64,000 nt of DNA. Origin: a virus (Duplodnaviria > Heunggongvirae > Uroviricota > Caudoviricetes). The position numbers were made by a program, and so were the translations under genes. The DNA is taken from the IMG/VR virus record IMGVR_UViG_3300014024_000069, positions 123,159 to 187,158 of that record; one strand, written 5' to 3'. The stretch's first letter is position 1; each line of letters opens with the position of its first letter. The notes under the pieces were generated by a model. That model worked only from the letters and a program-made list of their open reading frames with translations. It made no database searches and was not told the DNA's origin. This document shows positions 9,505 to 19,499 of the stretch, piece by piece.

Positions 9505-10347
9505 TTAGAACGGAGCCTCCTCCCCGAACCCTGCCGCTGGGGTTTCAGTTGGAACCGCATTCTGGTTTGCTGGCGGCACCGGCGGGCGTGGCGTGGCAGC
9601 GCGGCGCGGCGGCGCGGCAGGCTGTTCCATTGGTTCCGCCTCCGGCAGCGGGGGTTGTTGCGACTCAGGAGAAGGGGCGGCTTGTGGTGTCTGTTGGGGC
9701 TGTGCGGGAGCAGCTTGCGGGACATATCCGCTATCCCACGGGTCGCCGCCTCCCTGTTGCTGCATCGGCGGCTGCCCAAAACCGCCCTGCGGTTGCTGGT
9801 TCTGCCATTGATTAGGAGCAGCTGCGGGAGCGCCCTGACCCTGGAAACCGCCACCGTAGTTCGGTTGACCAAACCCGCCCTGGAACCCACCTTGTGGCTG
9901 TTGGTTCTGCCACTGGTTCTGTGGGGCGGGGGCTGCATTACCCCAACCATCACCACCGTTGCTGTAACCGCCACCATTGTTATTGCTTGAGGCGCGGGTA
10001 ACCTGTGCGGTAGCGAAACTCAAGGAAGGTCCAATCTCATCAACCTCAAGTTCAAAAACACTGCGGCGCTCACCCTCTTTGTTTTCGTAGGAGCGCTGGC
10101 GTAGTTTGCCCTGCACGATGACGCGCATACCCTTTGCCAGAGACTCAGCTACATGCTCAGCGGCTTGCCGCCACACACTGCAGCTGAGGAACATCGCCTC
10201 TCCGTCTTCCCACTGGTTTGTCTGCCGGTTGAAACGACGTGGGGTTGAGGCAATACGGAAGTTCGCCACTGCAGCGCCATTGGGGGTAAATCGCAGCTCT
10301 GGGTCAGATACCAAGTTGCCAACAACAGTGATGATTGTGTCGTTCAA
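9505..10347 (-). CDS. ssb: Single-stranded DNA-binding protein
   Basis: [45 protein letters not shown]...; acidic C-terminal tip EEAPF; start revised to TTG 10347. Confidence 0.95.
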   Translation of the reverse strand: MNDTIITVVGNLVSDPELRFTPNGAAVANFRIASTPRRFNRQTNQWEDGEAMFLSCSVWRQAAEHVAESLAKGMRVIVQGKLRQRSYENKEGERRSVFELEVDEIGPSLSFATAQVTRASSNNNGGGYSNGGDGWGNAAPAPQNQWQNQQPQGGFQGGFGQPNYGGGFQGQGAPAAAPNQWQNQQPQGGFGQPPMQQQGGGDPWDSGYVPQAAPAQPQQTPQAAPSPESQQPPLPEAEPMEQPAAPPRRAATPRPPVPPANQNAVPTETPAAGFGEEAPF

Positions 10348-10360
10348 ATCGTTTTCCCTT

Positions 10361-11107
10361 CTAACACTGTATGAATATTGTGTGAGGGCGTTCCTCACTT
10401 CCCCCAATAGCCACAGCGAGACTACTAGGGTTTTTCCATGTCATTATACCTCCATTACCTGGTGGGTGGTCAAGTCCCTCCACTTCAAGCACCCAGTTAA
10501 CGTAAGGTCCAATGATTCTGCTGCGGATTTTCTTGATTGTTGATTCATTCCACACGGGGCACCCGTAAATATGCGGGTTGCTGGTAAGCAGCGTGTTTCG
10601 ACAGTGATTATAGGTCTTCTGATTAAGCGTGCCGAACGCATCCATTGACATGGAGACGATTCTTGCCACCAAGAGGTCATCTTGCGGACGGTCTGTGCGG
10701 GTTGCCGACGGTGCCAGCGGTAACATTCCGGTACTGTCAAACGGCTGTGCTGAGAGAATATCCCCGTTTTCTGGGAGGGATACAAGACCCTTGCCGAAAA
10801 AGCTGGTTGTCATGACTCTCATGCCGGGCTTGATGTATTTTGCGTACACGGCACCGTTTTTGGCTGTTTGAATGCGGGCTGCAGGTGTGCAGATAACAGT
10901 GTCTCCGCTAACGAATCGGACTTTGACAAGCCTGTCTGGGTTTTCCTCCCGCATGAAGTTGCTGAAACTTTTAAGGAACAAGGTATCTCCGCTGGAGGAG
11001 GCGCTGAACCCGCTTAAAACGTCATCTGGCTTAACAGTTCGTAGGGCAATGAGTCGCCCTGGGGACATGACCCGAGAGTGTTCCAGCACACCTGAGCGCT
11101 GCATCAT
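10361..11107 (-). CDS. Stand-alone Hint (intein-like) domain protein lacking catalytic residues
   Basis: Block A-like [26 protein letters not shown]; block B-like [22 protein letters not shown] followed by [14 protein letters not shown]; block F-like [21 protein letters not shown]. Confidence 0.65.
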   Translation of the reverse strand: MMQRSGVLEHSRVMSPGRLIALRTVKPDDVLSGFSASSSGDTLFLKSFSNFMREENPDRLVKVRFVSGDTVICTPAARIQTAKNGAVYAKYIKPGMRVMTTSFFGKGLVSLPENGDILSAQPFDSTGMLPLAPSATRTDRPQDDLLVARIVSMSMDAFGTLNQKTYNHCRNTLLTSNPHIYGCPVWNESTIKKIRSRIIGPYVNWVLEVEGLDHPPGNGGIMTWKNPSSLAVAIGGSEERPHTIFIQC

Positions 11108-11112
11108 GGTTT

Positions 11113-12921
11113 TTACTTACTTCCCTTCATCCAGTCGTCATCACCGTCGATGTGTTTTTTCGGGTCAAGGAGGATGCGGTCGTTTTCTGACACGCCGATT
11201 TGTTTCAAGCTAATGATCGCGGTGCTGTCGTCAGTGAACTTAGCTTCCACTGCAGGAGTGGGATCAGCTGCAGGATAATCCTCAGTGTCGGGCTTGTCTT
11301 CCTCTGATTCCTGCTCTACGTCATCAGCATCATTTTCTACGCCTGCATCCTCGGGGGAATCGCTGCCGTCCGCGTCATCCTCTTCACTATCTGGCAGTAC
11401 GTTTACAATCTCTTCCGCATCATCATCCACCTCAGCAACTGCTTCTCCGCCAGCATCTAGAGAGTCAGCCTCATCTGCGCTGTTGTCTGCGTCGTTCACG
11501 CCAAGGGGTGTGTGATTGTCTGCTGGGTATTGTGCTGACACGCTACCCCAGTTGAATGTCTCAGAGATAGACTCAAAGGATTCCTCACCGTCTGACTCGT
11601 CGGTGCCTTCCGACTCAGTGTCCTCAGTGATTGCGTCCGCATCTGTATCATCGTCTGCGTCTTCCTTGCGGTGTCGCCCACCCAGCGTCGCGTCAGCGTC
11701 ACCCACGATCTCTGTCCCCGTTTCTTCCACGGCAGGTGCGTCCGCGTCAACATCAGCAGGGGATTTCTCCCGATCTTCCGAAACAGCACCCAATGGAGAC
11801 ATCACACCAGCGGACGCTACCGTATCATTTACTGGCCGCTGGATACTATCACGTAGACGCTGGAAAAAACCGCGACGCGGCGCTTCATGCCTGCCACTAG
11901 CATCTGAGGGAGTATCGTCCACAGCGACGGCACCACTAGCCTGAGAATCAACCGCAGGCTGAATAGGGGATGACGGGGTTTCGTCGTTGTCCGCATCTTC
12001 TACAGCATCGTCTTCCACCTCGCGGTCATCGTCGCCACCATCAAGGAACTCAAAGCTATCCTCGTCCCCATCTGTCATTCCATAGTGCGATACTTCTGGG
12101 GTTTCCTCTGGGGTGTTAGGCTCAACAACCTCAGCGGCACCGTAAATGACGGCATCCTCGTAGCGCTTTTCGACGGCTTCCCGCTGGCGTGCCACGTTAC
12201 GGGCTTCAAGCTCGGTGTCAATGATTTTTTGGTAGAACGGAATGACCTTGGACACAATGTATGCCGGTAGTCGCTTAATGTCTGATACGAAAGCGATGGC
12301 GGAGCTGATTTGAGCGGGGGTTTGTTTAAAGAAGAAACCTGGTCGTGGTTCCTCATCAAGTGCGAACTGCACGGCATCCTCAATGTTGTCAACCATTGTG
12401 AAGTTGCAGGCGAACTTGTCAATTTTGTTGGGGTCGGTGATGGGGGTGCCGTCTTTTGTTTTCAGCAACGGGTTAGGCCCGGCGCAGACCTGCAGGAACT
12501 CCCACCCTTTATCGAATCCGACGGGATCGATGTACACATACAGGTACTCCCTGAAAACCTCTTCCATCCTGTTGGTTTTCTTGTTGCGTTCCTTGCGGGG
12601 GAAGTCAAACCGACCATAGTATGACCACCCGATTTCACGCAGGATCTGGTTCTTGTCGTGTTCCCGCTGGGGATTATCTTGATCCGCCATGTAAAAGACC
12701 ACTTTATTCGCAATGTATTCGGAGAACTCAATGATCTTTTGGCAGCTTTCAATTTTAATATCGCTGTCCTCGTGCGGGATGTACATGCTTTCCAGGGTTT
12801 CCTGTAGCGCATGTTCAACAGTGTGATCAATCCTGGCGGAACGCTGGAACGTGTTCTGAATGTAGTAGCGTGTGAGGGCTTCCACTGCTTGCTGGTTTTT
12901 CTCAATGAAGGATGAACTCAT
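11113..12921 (-). CDS. Hypothetical protein with a very acidic low-complexity C-terminal half
   Basis: 602 aa; about 260 aa globular-looking N-terminus followed by a D/E-rich disordered region. Confidence 0.7.
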   Translation of the reverse strand: MSSSFIEKNQQAVEALTRYYIQNTFQRSARIDHTVEHALQETLESMYIPHEDSDIKIESCQKIIEFSEYIANKVVFYMADQDNPQREHDKNQILREIGWSYYGRFDFPRKERNKKTNRMEEVFREYLYVYIDPVGFDKGWEFLQVCAGPNPLLKTKDGTPITDPNKIDKFACNFTMVDNIEDAVQFALDEEPRPGFFFKQTPAQISSAIAFVSDIKRLPAYIVSKVIPFYQKIIDTELEARNVARQREAVEKRYEDAVIYGAAEVVEPNTPEETPEVSHYGMTDGDEDSFEFLDGGDDDREVEDDAVEDADNDETPSSPIQPAVDSQASGAVAVDDTPSDASGRHEAPRRGFFQRLRDSIQRPVNDTVASAGVMSPLGAVSEDREKSPADVDADAPAVEETGTEIVGDADATLGGRHRKEDADDDTDADAITEDTESEGTDESDGEESFESISETFNWGSVSAQYPADNHTPLGVNDADNSADEADSLDAGGEAVAEVDDDAEEIVNVLPDSEEDDADGSDSPEDAGVENDADDVEQESEEDKPDTEDYPAADPTPAVEAKFTDDSTAIISLKQIGVSENDRILLDPKKHIDGDDDWMKGSK

Positions 12922-12951
12922 ATTTTTCTTGTCCCTTTGTTTTCTTTCTGT

Positions 12952-14955
12952 TTAGTTTCCAATTGCCCTGAGCGGCATCCAATTGTAGCCTTGTGGGCGT
13001 GGCGTGGGGCCTTCACCATCCCATTGGGTGACTGTTTCAAGCCATGAGGTGAAATGCCCCAAATGGTCGGTTACCATCATATCCTGCTCCACCAACGACA
13101 TGATATTACGCCCGTAGCGTTTGCTGCGAATACGGGAGTCTAAGACAGCGATTCCGCCTTTGTCTTTGACTGATCTCATGAGCCTGCCGCAGCCCTGCGC
13201 CATCATTTGTTTAGCATGGTTGACAGTCACTGTCATGAACTCGTTGTCGCCGCGTATTTTCGCTGCTTTGCACATAGCGTTGGTCACATGGTCAGTGACG
13301 ATGGGGAACATGATTTTATCCAGCACGACAAGCTGCAGCGAGTCACCTGGAACGTCGAAACCTTCCCAAAATGATTTTGTACCAATAAGGATAGAGGATT
13401 CAAAATTGGCGAAACCCTCAATCTTCTCTTTGCGTGACATGGTGTCATCATCCTGGGTGTAGATACGGTGCCCCAGTGGGCGCAGCGCATCATCATAGTC
13501 GCGGATTCGTTTCAACGACGTGGTGAGAATCAGCGCCCGCCCACCGGCGGCGCGCACCATGTCAACCACCATTCGTATCGTGCGCTGCTCCCAACCCTTC
13601 TGAGTGGGGTCGGTTTCCCACCCCTGGGGAATCAGCATTTTGCACCTACCGAAATCAAACGGAGTACCAACCTCAATGTGTTGAACATCACATCGAACCC
13701 CGATGCCGCGCACATCATCGTAGGTGATGGTTCCAGAACAGAAAATCACCCGTGACGTGGATCCGTTCTCTGGTGATGCCACAGAATGCAACGCCAAACG
13801 GAAATCATCAGTGAAAATCTTCGACACATGCATCACCGTCCGCTGCCCCACCTTTTCTGTGGACACATCATGAGTGGGGACTTTACGTTTCAACCCGTCA
13901 CGGCTGGTGATCATCGTCATACTAGAGATAGCCTCCAGGAAATCCTTGCACGCCTGCACCGCGTTTTTCATCGCTGGTGTCTGTTCCGCCTGCTCCGCTA
14001 AAACGGCACTCATCAAACCCTGAGTAGCGTCAGCAATCGGCCTGCGAGTGCGCTTATTGTTCGGCATGCTGTCGAACTCCTCAACAGCACGGTTGAAAGC
14101 ATCAACCATTTTCTTGGCGTTTTTCACACCCGTGGACATCACTGCCCTCGTCGGGGTTTCAGGTGACCCTGCAGCCAAAATAATAGAATGCGCATGATGC
14201 GCCTCATCGAACACAATGGTCCGATCATGAAACACAGACGTTGCAGGATTGACGTTATTCCACACATCTGAGGCAACAAGCGACGTGTTCACTACCAGGA
14301 TTGTTGCCTGCCCAGCCAACCATTTCGCCAGCAAATAAGAATCACGATTAATGTTCGACTGTGACTTATCCTTATCAAAACCACTGGCCTTTTTCGCATC
14401 AGGATTACCCCACGTGATTTTCATGCGGATATTGTCAGGCAACTCCGCCAAACCACTTTCCTGATCATGACTTTTCCGATTCGGCTCCTCCAGCATCATT
14501 TCACAGTCAGCAACAAGCTTACGAACCCTGTCAATATCCTCATTGCTAACCTTACCCCCAAAAAGACCCGCATTATGACTCGCCAACCACTTCCGCGCAA
14601 GCTCAATGCACAAATAGTTATCTTTCCCTTTCAGCAAGTAATAGGAAACATCAACCTTATACAAACGCTGAACATTCCGAACAAACTCAGGCAATTCTTC
14701 CCCAATAATCTGCTCCTGCAGCGCCTTCGTAGACGTAGACACAGCCATACGCCCATACGGCAACGCAGCACACAAATACCCCAAAGTCTTACCCGTGCCA
14801 ACCGGCGCAGACACCAAAGTATCCACCCAACTCTGATCCATACGCCGCAACGACGAATCCATCTGCTGAACCATACTCATCTGCGGCGGGCGAACACCCC
14901 AACCCCTCAGCTGACAAATATCACCAAGGATCTTCTCACCACTTTTAGGTATCAC
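12952..14955 (-). CDS. dinG: DinG/YoaA-family SF2 helicase
   Basis: Q motif RPPQ, APVGTGKT, STSTKALQEQ, KGKDNYLC, DEAHH, SGT, FWEGFDVPG, QGCGRLMRSVKDKG. Confidence 0.92.
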   Translation of the reverse strand: MIPKSGEKILGDICQLRGWGVRPPQMSMVQQMDSSLRRMDQSWVDTLVSAPVGTGKTLGYLCAALPYGRMAVSTSTKALQEQIIGEELPEFVRNVQRLYKVDVSYYLLKGKDNYLCIELARKWLASHNAGLFGGKVSNEDIDRVRKLVADCEMMLEEPNRKSHDQESGLAELPDNIRMKITWGNPDAKKASGFDKDKSQSNINRDSYLLAKWLAGQATILVVNTSLVASDVWNNVNPATSVFHDRTIVFDEAHHAHSIILAAGSPETPTRAVMSTGVKNAKKMVDAFNRAVEEFDSMPNNKRTRRPIADATQGLMSAVLAEQAEQTPAMKNAVQACKDFLEAISSMTMITSRDGLKRKVPTHDVSTEKVGQRTVMHVSKIFTDDFRLALHSVASPENGSTSRVIFCSGTITYDDVRGIGVRCDVQHIEVGTPFDFGRCKMLIPQGWETDPTQKGWEQRTIRMVVDMVRAAGGRALILTTSLKRIRDYDDALRPLGHRIYTQDDDTMSRKEKIEGFANFESSILIGTKSFWEGFDVPGDSLQLVVLDKIMFPIVTDHVTNAMCKAAKIRGDNEFMTVTVNHAKQMMAQGCGRLMRSVKDKGGIAVLDSRIRSKRYGRNIMSLVEQDMMVTDHLGHFTSWLETVTQWDGEGPTPRPQGYNWMPLRAIGN

Positions 14956-14962
14956 TTAAATT

Positions 14963-15652
14963 CTATTTTCCTTCATTGTTCAATTGACTCATCTTCTCAA
15001 CTATAAACGCCCACTGCTCATCATTTCCAGTCCACAAAACCTCATCACCAATCAAAAACACCGCAGCATCATAAGAAGTCACATCATGACACAACACATG
15101 ACAAAACTCATTCACAGTCATCGTCACCCACGGATCATCCTTAAACCGATTCCGCGTATGACACACAAACCGCGCCCCACCATCAACACACCTAGCCACA
15201 GCATCCAACACCCCCTGCCCCCGCTCAGGCTTCACCCGCACAACCTCACCAATATCCACCCCAAACCCATCAACCATCATACTCAACGGAGCAGTAACCC
15301 AATGATAAACACCGATCTTCTTACCCCCCACATTGTCCCACCTCACGCCCTTACGCTTATGCGCAACCACGCACAAACCCGTCCCCGCATTCCCAGCCTC
15401 CCGAACAGCCTCACCCCACCACGAACCCAACGACACAGAAGCCTCATTCTTACACTCAACCACCACCGGCTTTCCATTATGACGAACCCCATCAATATCC
15501 CCCGTATCATTCTTACCCTTCGTAAAAGCCCGCGACACATACTCATCACGCAACAAATACGCCATAGTATCCGCAACACACATCTCAAAATCCGCGCCCG
15601 CAGCACGCGCAGTACGCCTACTCCGCCCCAACGTCCAACCCCCTAAACGCAT
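14963..15652 (-). CDS. Hjc-type (PD-(D/E)XK) Holliday junction resolvase
   Basis: GADFE...DTGDIDG...VVECKN...WWGEAVREAGNA...VVAHKRKG, as in actinophage resolvases. Confidence 0.8.
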   Translation of the reverse strand: MRLGGWTLGRSRRTARAAGADFEMCVADTMAYLLRDEYVSRAFTKGKNDTGDIDGVRHNGKPVVVECKNEASVSLGSWWGEAVREAGNAGTGLCVVAHKRKGVRWDNVGGKKIGVYHWVTAPLSMMVDGFGVDIGEVVRVKPERGQGVLDAVARCVDGGARFVCHTRNRFKDDPWVTMTVNEFCHVLCHDVTSYDAAVFLIGDEVLWTGNDEQWAFIVEKMSQLNNEGK

Positions 15653-16322
15653 CAGCCACCAAACGATCCATCATGGCGCGCCGGGCCTGGATTGCCTGCT
15701 CATTGGTGAGCTTTTCCATTGCTTGCCTATCCTTTTTTATTCGTGATTCCATTTTCCCTGCTCTGGGTATCAGACTGTGCACAGCGCTTCCCGTGCGCAG
15801 GTCACCCACCCTGACACCGCCAGAGTAGATGGTGAGTGCATCACGAGAAACCTCAATGCCTGATATTTTCAGCCACCCGTCGCCATCGATGGCGACGAGG
15901 CAGTTTTCGTACAGTTCCTCAATTGGGTAGCTCTTTTTCTCATCATATAGTTCCAGGTAGTTGTCCGGCAATTCCAGGAACTCCCAATGTGATTCAGGGC
16001 CTTGCGTGGCGAGTTTGTCTAGTGTTCCTGGTGTGAAGATCCGCAAGAGCCGTTCCCTGTGGTCTTCCGTTGGGGTTGCGTCGCCCTGGAGGATGTAAAT
16101 CATGTGCTGGCATGGGATGCCGGTAACTCCAGCCCAGTAGGTGATTTGCGCGGGGGTGAGGATGTCTGTGTACTCTGCCAGGGCTGGGTGCATATATCCA
16201 AGCGCTGTGGGGGTGTCGTCTGCCCATCTTCTGGAGTTCTTTTCGGTGAACTCTGGTGGCTTTTCCTCATCTTCCCCCGCCCAGATGTCTGGGTTTGTCA
16301 TGTGCGTTTCCTGCGGCGCCAC
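15618..16322 (-). CDS. Protein with an XRE-like helix-turn-helix
   Basis: ITYWAGVTGIPCQHMIYILQGDATPTEDHRERLLRIF resembles an XRE HTH. Confidence 0.5.
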   Translation of the reverse strand: MAPQETHMTNPDIWAGEDEEKPPEFTEKNSRRWADDTPTALGYMHPALAEYTDILTPAQITYWAGVTGIPCQHMIYILQGDATPTEDHRERLLRIFTPGTLDKLATQGPESHWEFLELPDNYLELYDEKKSYPIEELYENCLVAIDGDGWLKISGIEVSRDALTIYSGGVRVGDLRTGSAVHSLIPRAGKMESRIKKDRQAMEKLTNEQAIQARRAMMDRLVADAFRGLDVGAE

Positions 16323-16843
16323 ATGATTTTCGCCCGTGTCGCGGGCGTGACATACCTAACCCCCGACATGGTGTCTGTTTTGGTGTACCCCAAGGACTGC
16401 GCCAGATGGTCGAACAGTTCCTCCCGATATTCTGGTGTTGTTCCCCCGAAAACCCCATATTTGTCGTAATCTAGTCTCAAATCGTCGCTTTTCCTTCTAT
16501 GCGGCGGCATGGGGCGCGATAATGATTCCGACATGCACTGTGTTTTAAATGGGCAACGATCACATATCTTCTTGGCTTTCTCCTGCGCCTCTAGCGACTT
16601 CTCCAACGCCGCCTTATATGCTTTCTCCCCTTTCGGTGTAGGGGGATATTCTTCACGGTCAGGGCGGAAAGCCTTATCGAAAATGTCAATGACCCTATCG
16701 TTTTCGCCGCATGGGGCTTCATCAATAGGGTCACGTTCTTCTTCGTCGCTGAAAATGTAGTCCAATACGTTTTTCAGGTCTTTTCTCCGCTGCTTTTCGG
16801 CGGGGGTTTGTGTTCTTTTGTTGTGTTTTTGTTTTCTCGTCAC
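16298..16843 (-). CDS. WhiB-family Fe-S transcriptional regulator
   Basis: APC...AKKICDRCPFKTQC...YGVFGGTTPEYRE: four Cys plus the G(V/I)(W/F)GG turn. Confidence 0.85.
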   Translation of the reverse strand: MTRKQKHNKRTQTPAEKQRRKDLKNVLDYIFSDEEERDPIDEAPCGENDRVIDIFDKAFRPDREEYPPTPKGEKAYKAALEKSLEAQEKAKKICDRCPFKTQCMSESLSRPMPPHRRKSDDLRLDYDKYGVFGGTTPEYREELFDHLAQSLGYTKTDTMSGVRYVTPATRAKIMWRRRKRT

Positions 16844-16915
16844 ACGTACTGCCTTTTTGAAATTGTCTTAGAACCTTAGCTGTTCCTCTGCTATCGACAA
16901 TTAATTTTAAGGCGC

Positions 16916-16944
16916 GCAAGGGGGTAGTGTCAATACCCCCTTGC
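16916..16944. terminator. Perfect 11-bp hairpin
   Basis: GCAAGGGGGTA-7 nt-TACCCCCTTGC immediately after the stop of 16955-17905. Confidence 0.6.
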
Positions 16945-16954
16945 TTATTTTTAA

Positions 16955-17905
16955 TCAAGCAATTTTCGACCAGGCACCTGCACCAATTTTTGACGGTTCC
17001 CACTCATCAATGGTGTTTTCATCCCGCCTGACAGAAAGCCGTTCCCATTTACCCTTGTTGGGAAGTTTCATGTCATGAATTTTCACCACATACGCCCACA
17101 CAGCAATCAGAATTGCTGGTAGGAAAATGAACCACACTGCAGCGAACCACGGCGCGCCCGTCAATGCCCCCAGGACAATTCCCATTGTGATCCAAATGGG
17201 TTGTAGTAGGAGACAGAATCCCCACGCCCCGCGTGGCACGTCACGATTCAACCCAGACATGATTTTCACTTGCTCACTGAGTTTGTCATAGGCTTGCCCC
17301 CGGAGTTTGATTTCGCGGCGGCGGTTTTCCTCTTCCCACCTGTCCTGCATGGTTTGGGCACCCCATAACCTGTACCCGCGATAACCCTCACGGAAACCCA
17401 TCCATAGGGGGAACAAATACGCAGCGTAACCGGCAAGAACAATGAAGTCCATGCCAGGATTATCTGGGCGTACCGCGCTTAAATCACGAGAGATATACAC
17501 GCACGCAATAACAAGGGCACTCAGAACAACAAGGGTAAGCATGTAAGACAGGAGGATCTTCCACTGATGTTGACCAAACAGCCACAGCGCGTATTTGACT
17601 CCCTTAAGCGGCAGAACCAACAACGCGGCGCACAGTCCCACGATAAACGACAGGAGCGCCGGGAGAGCGATACTCCCTAAAGACCACATTGCCATGTTGG
17701 TGTTGCTTCCTGCGACCTCTGGGAGAGTGATTTTGCCGTAGACAAGCCCAACATGAACTAGTGCCAGCGGCACAGATGCTAGAACCACATTAGATCCCGC
17801 AACAACAGCTGATCGGCGTGCGCCTTTCGGCACGCCTGCTTTCCATAAAGAGGGTTTTTTCTGTGGTTTTTCTTCTTTGTTCTTATTCTTTTTTAGTTTC
17901 AGCAC
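16955..17905 (-). CDS. Multi-pass membrane protein
   Basis: About six long hydrophobic segments; Lys-rich N-terminus. Confidence 0.75.
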   Translation of the reverse strand: MLKLKKNKNKEEKPQKKPSLWKAGVPKGARRSAVVAGSNVVLASVPLALVHVGLVYGKITLPEVAGSNTNMAMWSLGSIALPALLSFIVGLCAALLVLPLKGVKYALWLFGQHQWKILLSYMLTLVVLSALVIACVYISRDLSAVRPDNPGMDFIVLAGYAAYLFPLWMGFREGYRGYRLWGAQTMQDRWEEENRRREIKLRGQAYDKLSEQVKIMSGLNRDVPRGAWGFCLLLQPIWITMGIVLGALTGAPWFAAVWFIFLPAILIAVWAYVVKIHDMKLPNKGKWERLSVRRDENTIDEWEPSKIGAGAWSKIA

Positions 17906-17943
17906 TTTATGTTTTCCTCGCAGTGTTCTGGCATATCATACGG

Positions 17944-17999
17944 AAAGGGCACTATCTCCAAAAGTATTAAACAATAACTACACGGAGATGGTGCCCTTT
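17944..17999. terminator. Inverted repeat / terminator-like stem
   Basis: AAAGGGCACTATCTCC ... GGAGATGGTGCCCTTT just downstream of 18016-18900. Confidence 0.55.
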
Positions 18000-18015
18000 T
18001 GCTTAAAGTCCGTTG

Positions 18016-18900
18016 TTACACTTTAATCGCTTCCAGAATGGAAATCACTTCACGAATATCAGATGGGTTTTTCGCAATGATCGCATCAGCAAACATGGCA
18101 ATATCGTTTGCGTCTGGATTCCTGCGTGGAAGCTTCACAGCTTCCTCTGGTTCATCGCGGTTGTCGTTCACGTCGCCCAGCAGTTTAGTCAGCGAGCTTT
18201 GGTTAGCATCACTGAGGGCGTTGATACTTGATGCCATAGCGGCACCGTCGCGGAACGACAGGCTTTCGCCATTCTCGTACTTTTCAAGAACCGGTCCGAT
18301 AACGTCCTTGATGATAGACACGTCAGCGTCTGACTCGGCAATGGTGGCCGCCACTTTAGCGTCTTTTGTTGCAGGCATGATGCCAAAGAAGGACCGAACC
18401 GCTGGGAAGAATTTACTTTCCTTGACCTCGCTTAGTTTGAGTGCAACTTCGATGCCCTTCTCAAACTGTGCTTGCGTGTAGGTGCGGGCTGTGCTTGCAC
18501 CTGCGGCGCGGCGTTTCTTAGTTCCGCTCTTTTTTCCTTTGGCAGGAGCTTTCGGTGTGCCGCTGGCAGTTTCCTGCTCTTCCTCCGTATTCGAGTCAAC
18601 CTCATCCTCCTCTGCGTCGGAATCATCGGCATTGATGCCTTCTTCCACAGCGGTTGTGCTCTCTGCTTTGTAGTCGAACTGCTCGCCTTCGGATTCTTGC
18701 TTGTCGCCGCCATCGTCTACACCGGACACGGCGGTTTCACTTGGTGAAGCTTCTGCTGGCGTGGACTCTCCCCATGTGTTGGTGCTGGAACTCACCGATC
18801 CTGAGTAGCTGGTGTCGCTGGTGGACTCTTCGCTACTGCTGTAGCTACTACCCCAACTGTTGCTTTCTTGTCCCCATGATGAACCATAATTGTTGTCCAT
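18016..18900 (-). CDS. Hypothetical protein with a Ser/acidic disordered N-terminus
   Basis: 294 aa; GAGG RBS upstream. Confidence 0.7.
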   Translation of the reverse strand: MDNNYGSSWGQESNSWGSSYSSSEESTSDTSYSGSVSSSTNTWGESTPAEASPSETAVSGVDDGGDKQESEGEQFDYKAESTTAVEEGINADDSDAEEDEVDSNTEEEQETASGTPKAPAKGKKSGTKKRRAAGASTARTYTQAQFEKGIEVALKLSEVKESKFFPAVRSFFGIMPATKDAKVAATIAESDADVSIIKDVIGPVLEKYENGESLSFRDGAAMASSINALSDANQSSLTKLLGDVNDNRDEPEEAVKLPRRNPDANDIAMFADAIIAKNPSDIREVISILEAIKV

Positions 18901-18951
18901 TTTCTACCTCATTTGAATTGATTTGGTGTGCATATCTTTTCCGCACCTAGC

Positions 18952-19356
18952 CTACCATGTGCGGTTTTGCCGATACTCTCGGCGGCGTTGAATCTGCATT
19001 AGTCCAACACGGTTATCAGAGGTCATCTCCACTATTTGTTTAGGCGCAGTGGATTTTGATGTGACCCTTGTTGACACATGTGATTCAGTCTCGCTGACTA
19101 TTTTCTCTAGTCGCTCTTGCCCTTCCCGTGAATTATCAGGGATAGTCCAAGTGGTTGATGGGTGCCGCGCCAAAGCCCGCATTGTTGCCCATCCCACTAG
19201 TTTGCAGTTTCCTGTTGCGGCAAGGTCCGCTGCTTCCTCATGATCCATGACGGTGTACGCCGCGCCTTGCGTGGCGAACAATACACTTTGGGCGTTGTTA
19301 GCGCCTCCCGCAATGATGCTTGCCGTTTGCATAGGAAGGCTTACTGGCATGAGCAT
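18952..19356 (-). CDS. Hypothetical protein
   Basis: 134 aa ORF fitting the operon spacing. Confidence 0.6.
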   Translation of the reverse strand: MLMPVSLPMQTASIIAGGANNAQSVLFATQGAAYTVMDHEEAADLAATGNCKLVGWATMRALARHPSTTWTIPDNSREGQERLEKIVSETESHVSTRVTSKSTAPKQIVEMTSDNRVGLMQIQRRREYRQNRTW

Positions 19357-19358
19357 AT

Positions 19359-19499
19359 CTAGCCCATCAGCCTGTCGAACTCGTTTAGAATGTCATCTTT
19401 GCGTTCTGACACGCCGATCTTTTCAACGTATTCTCCCAGCTCTTCACGCATGGTTTCATGGCGTGTTGTAGCGATGAGGTCTTGTTGTTTATCTGTCAT
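19359..19499 (-). CDS. Small 46-aa helical protein (below the ORF-track cutoff)
   Basis: ATG overlaps the upstream TGA (ATGA) after an AAGGAG RBS; MTDKQQDLIATTRHETMREELGEYVEKIGVSERKDDILNEFDRLMG; fills the gap exactly. Confidence 0.6.
   Translation of the reverse strand: MTDKQQDLIATTRHETMREELGEYVEKIGVSERKDDILNEFDRLMG

Noticed and set aside
12952..14955. Type IV CRISPR-associated CasDinG
   Set aside because: No cas genes or repeat-spacer array seen in the window.
14467..15646. Long plus-strand ORFs (179 and 220 aa) rich in H/T/P/I/N
   Set aside because: Antisense shadows of dinG and the resolvase caused by the A/C skew, which removes stop codons.
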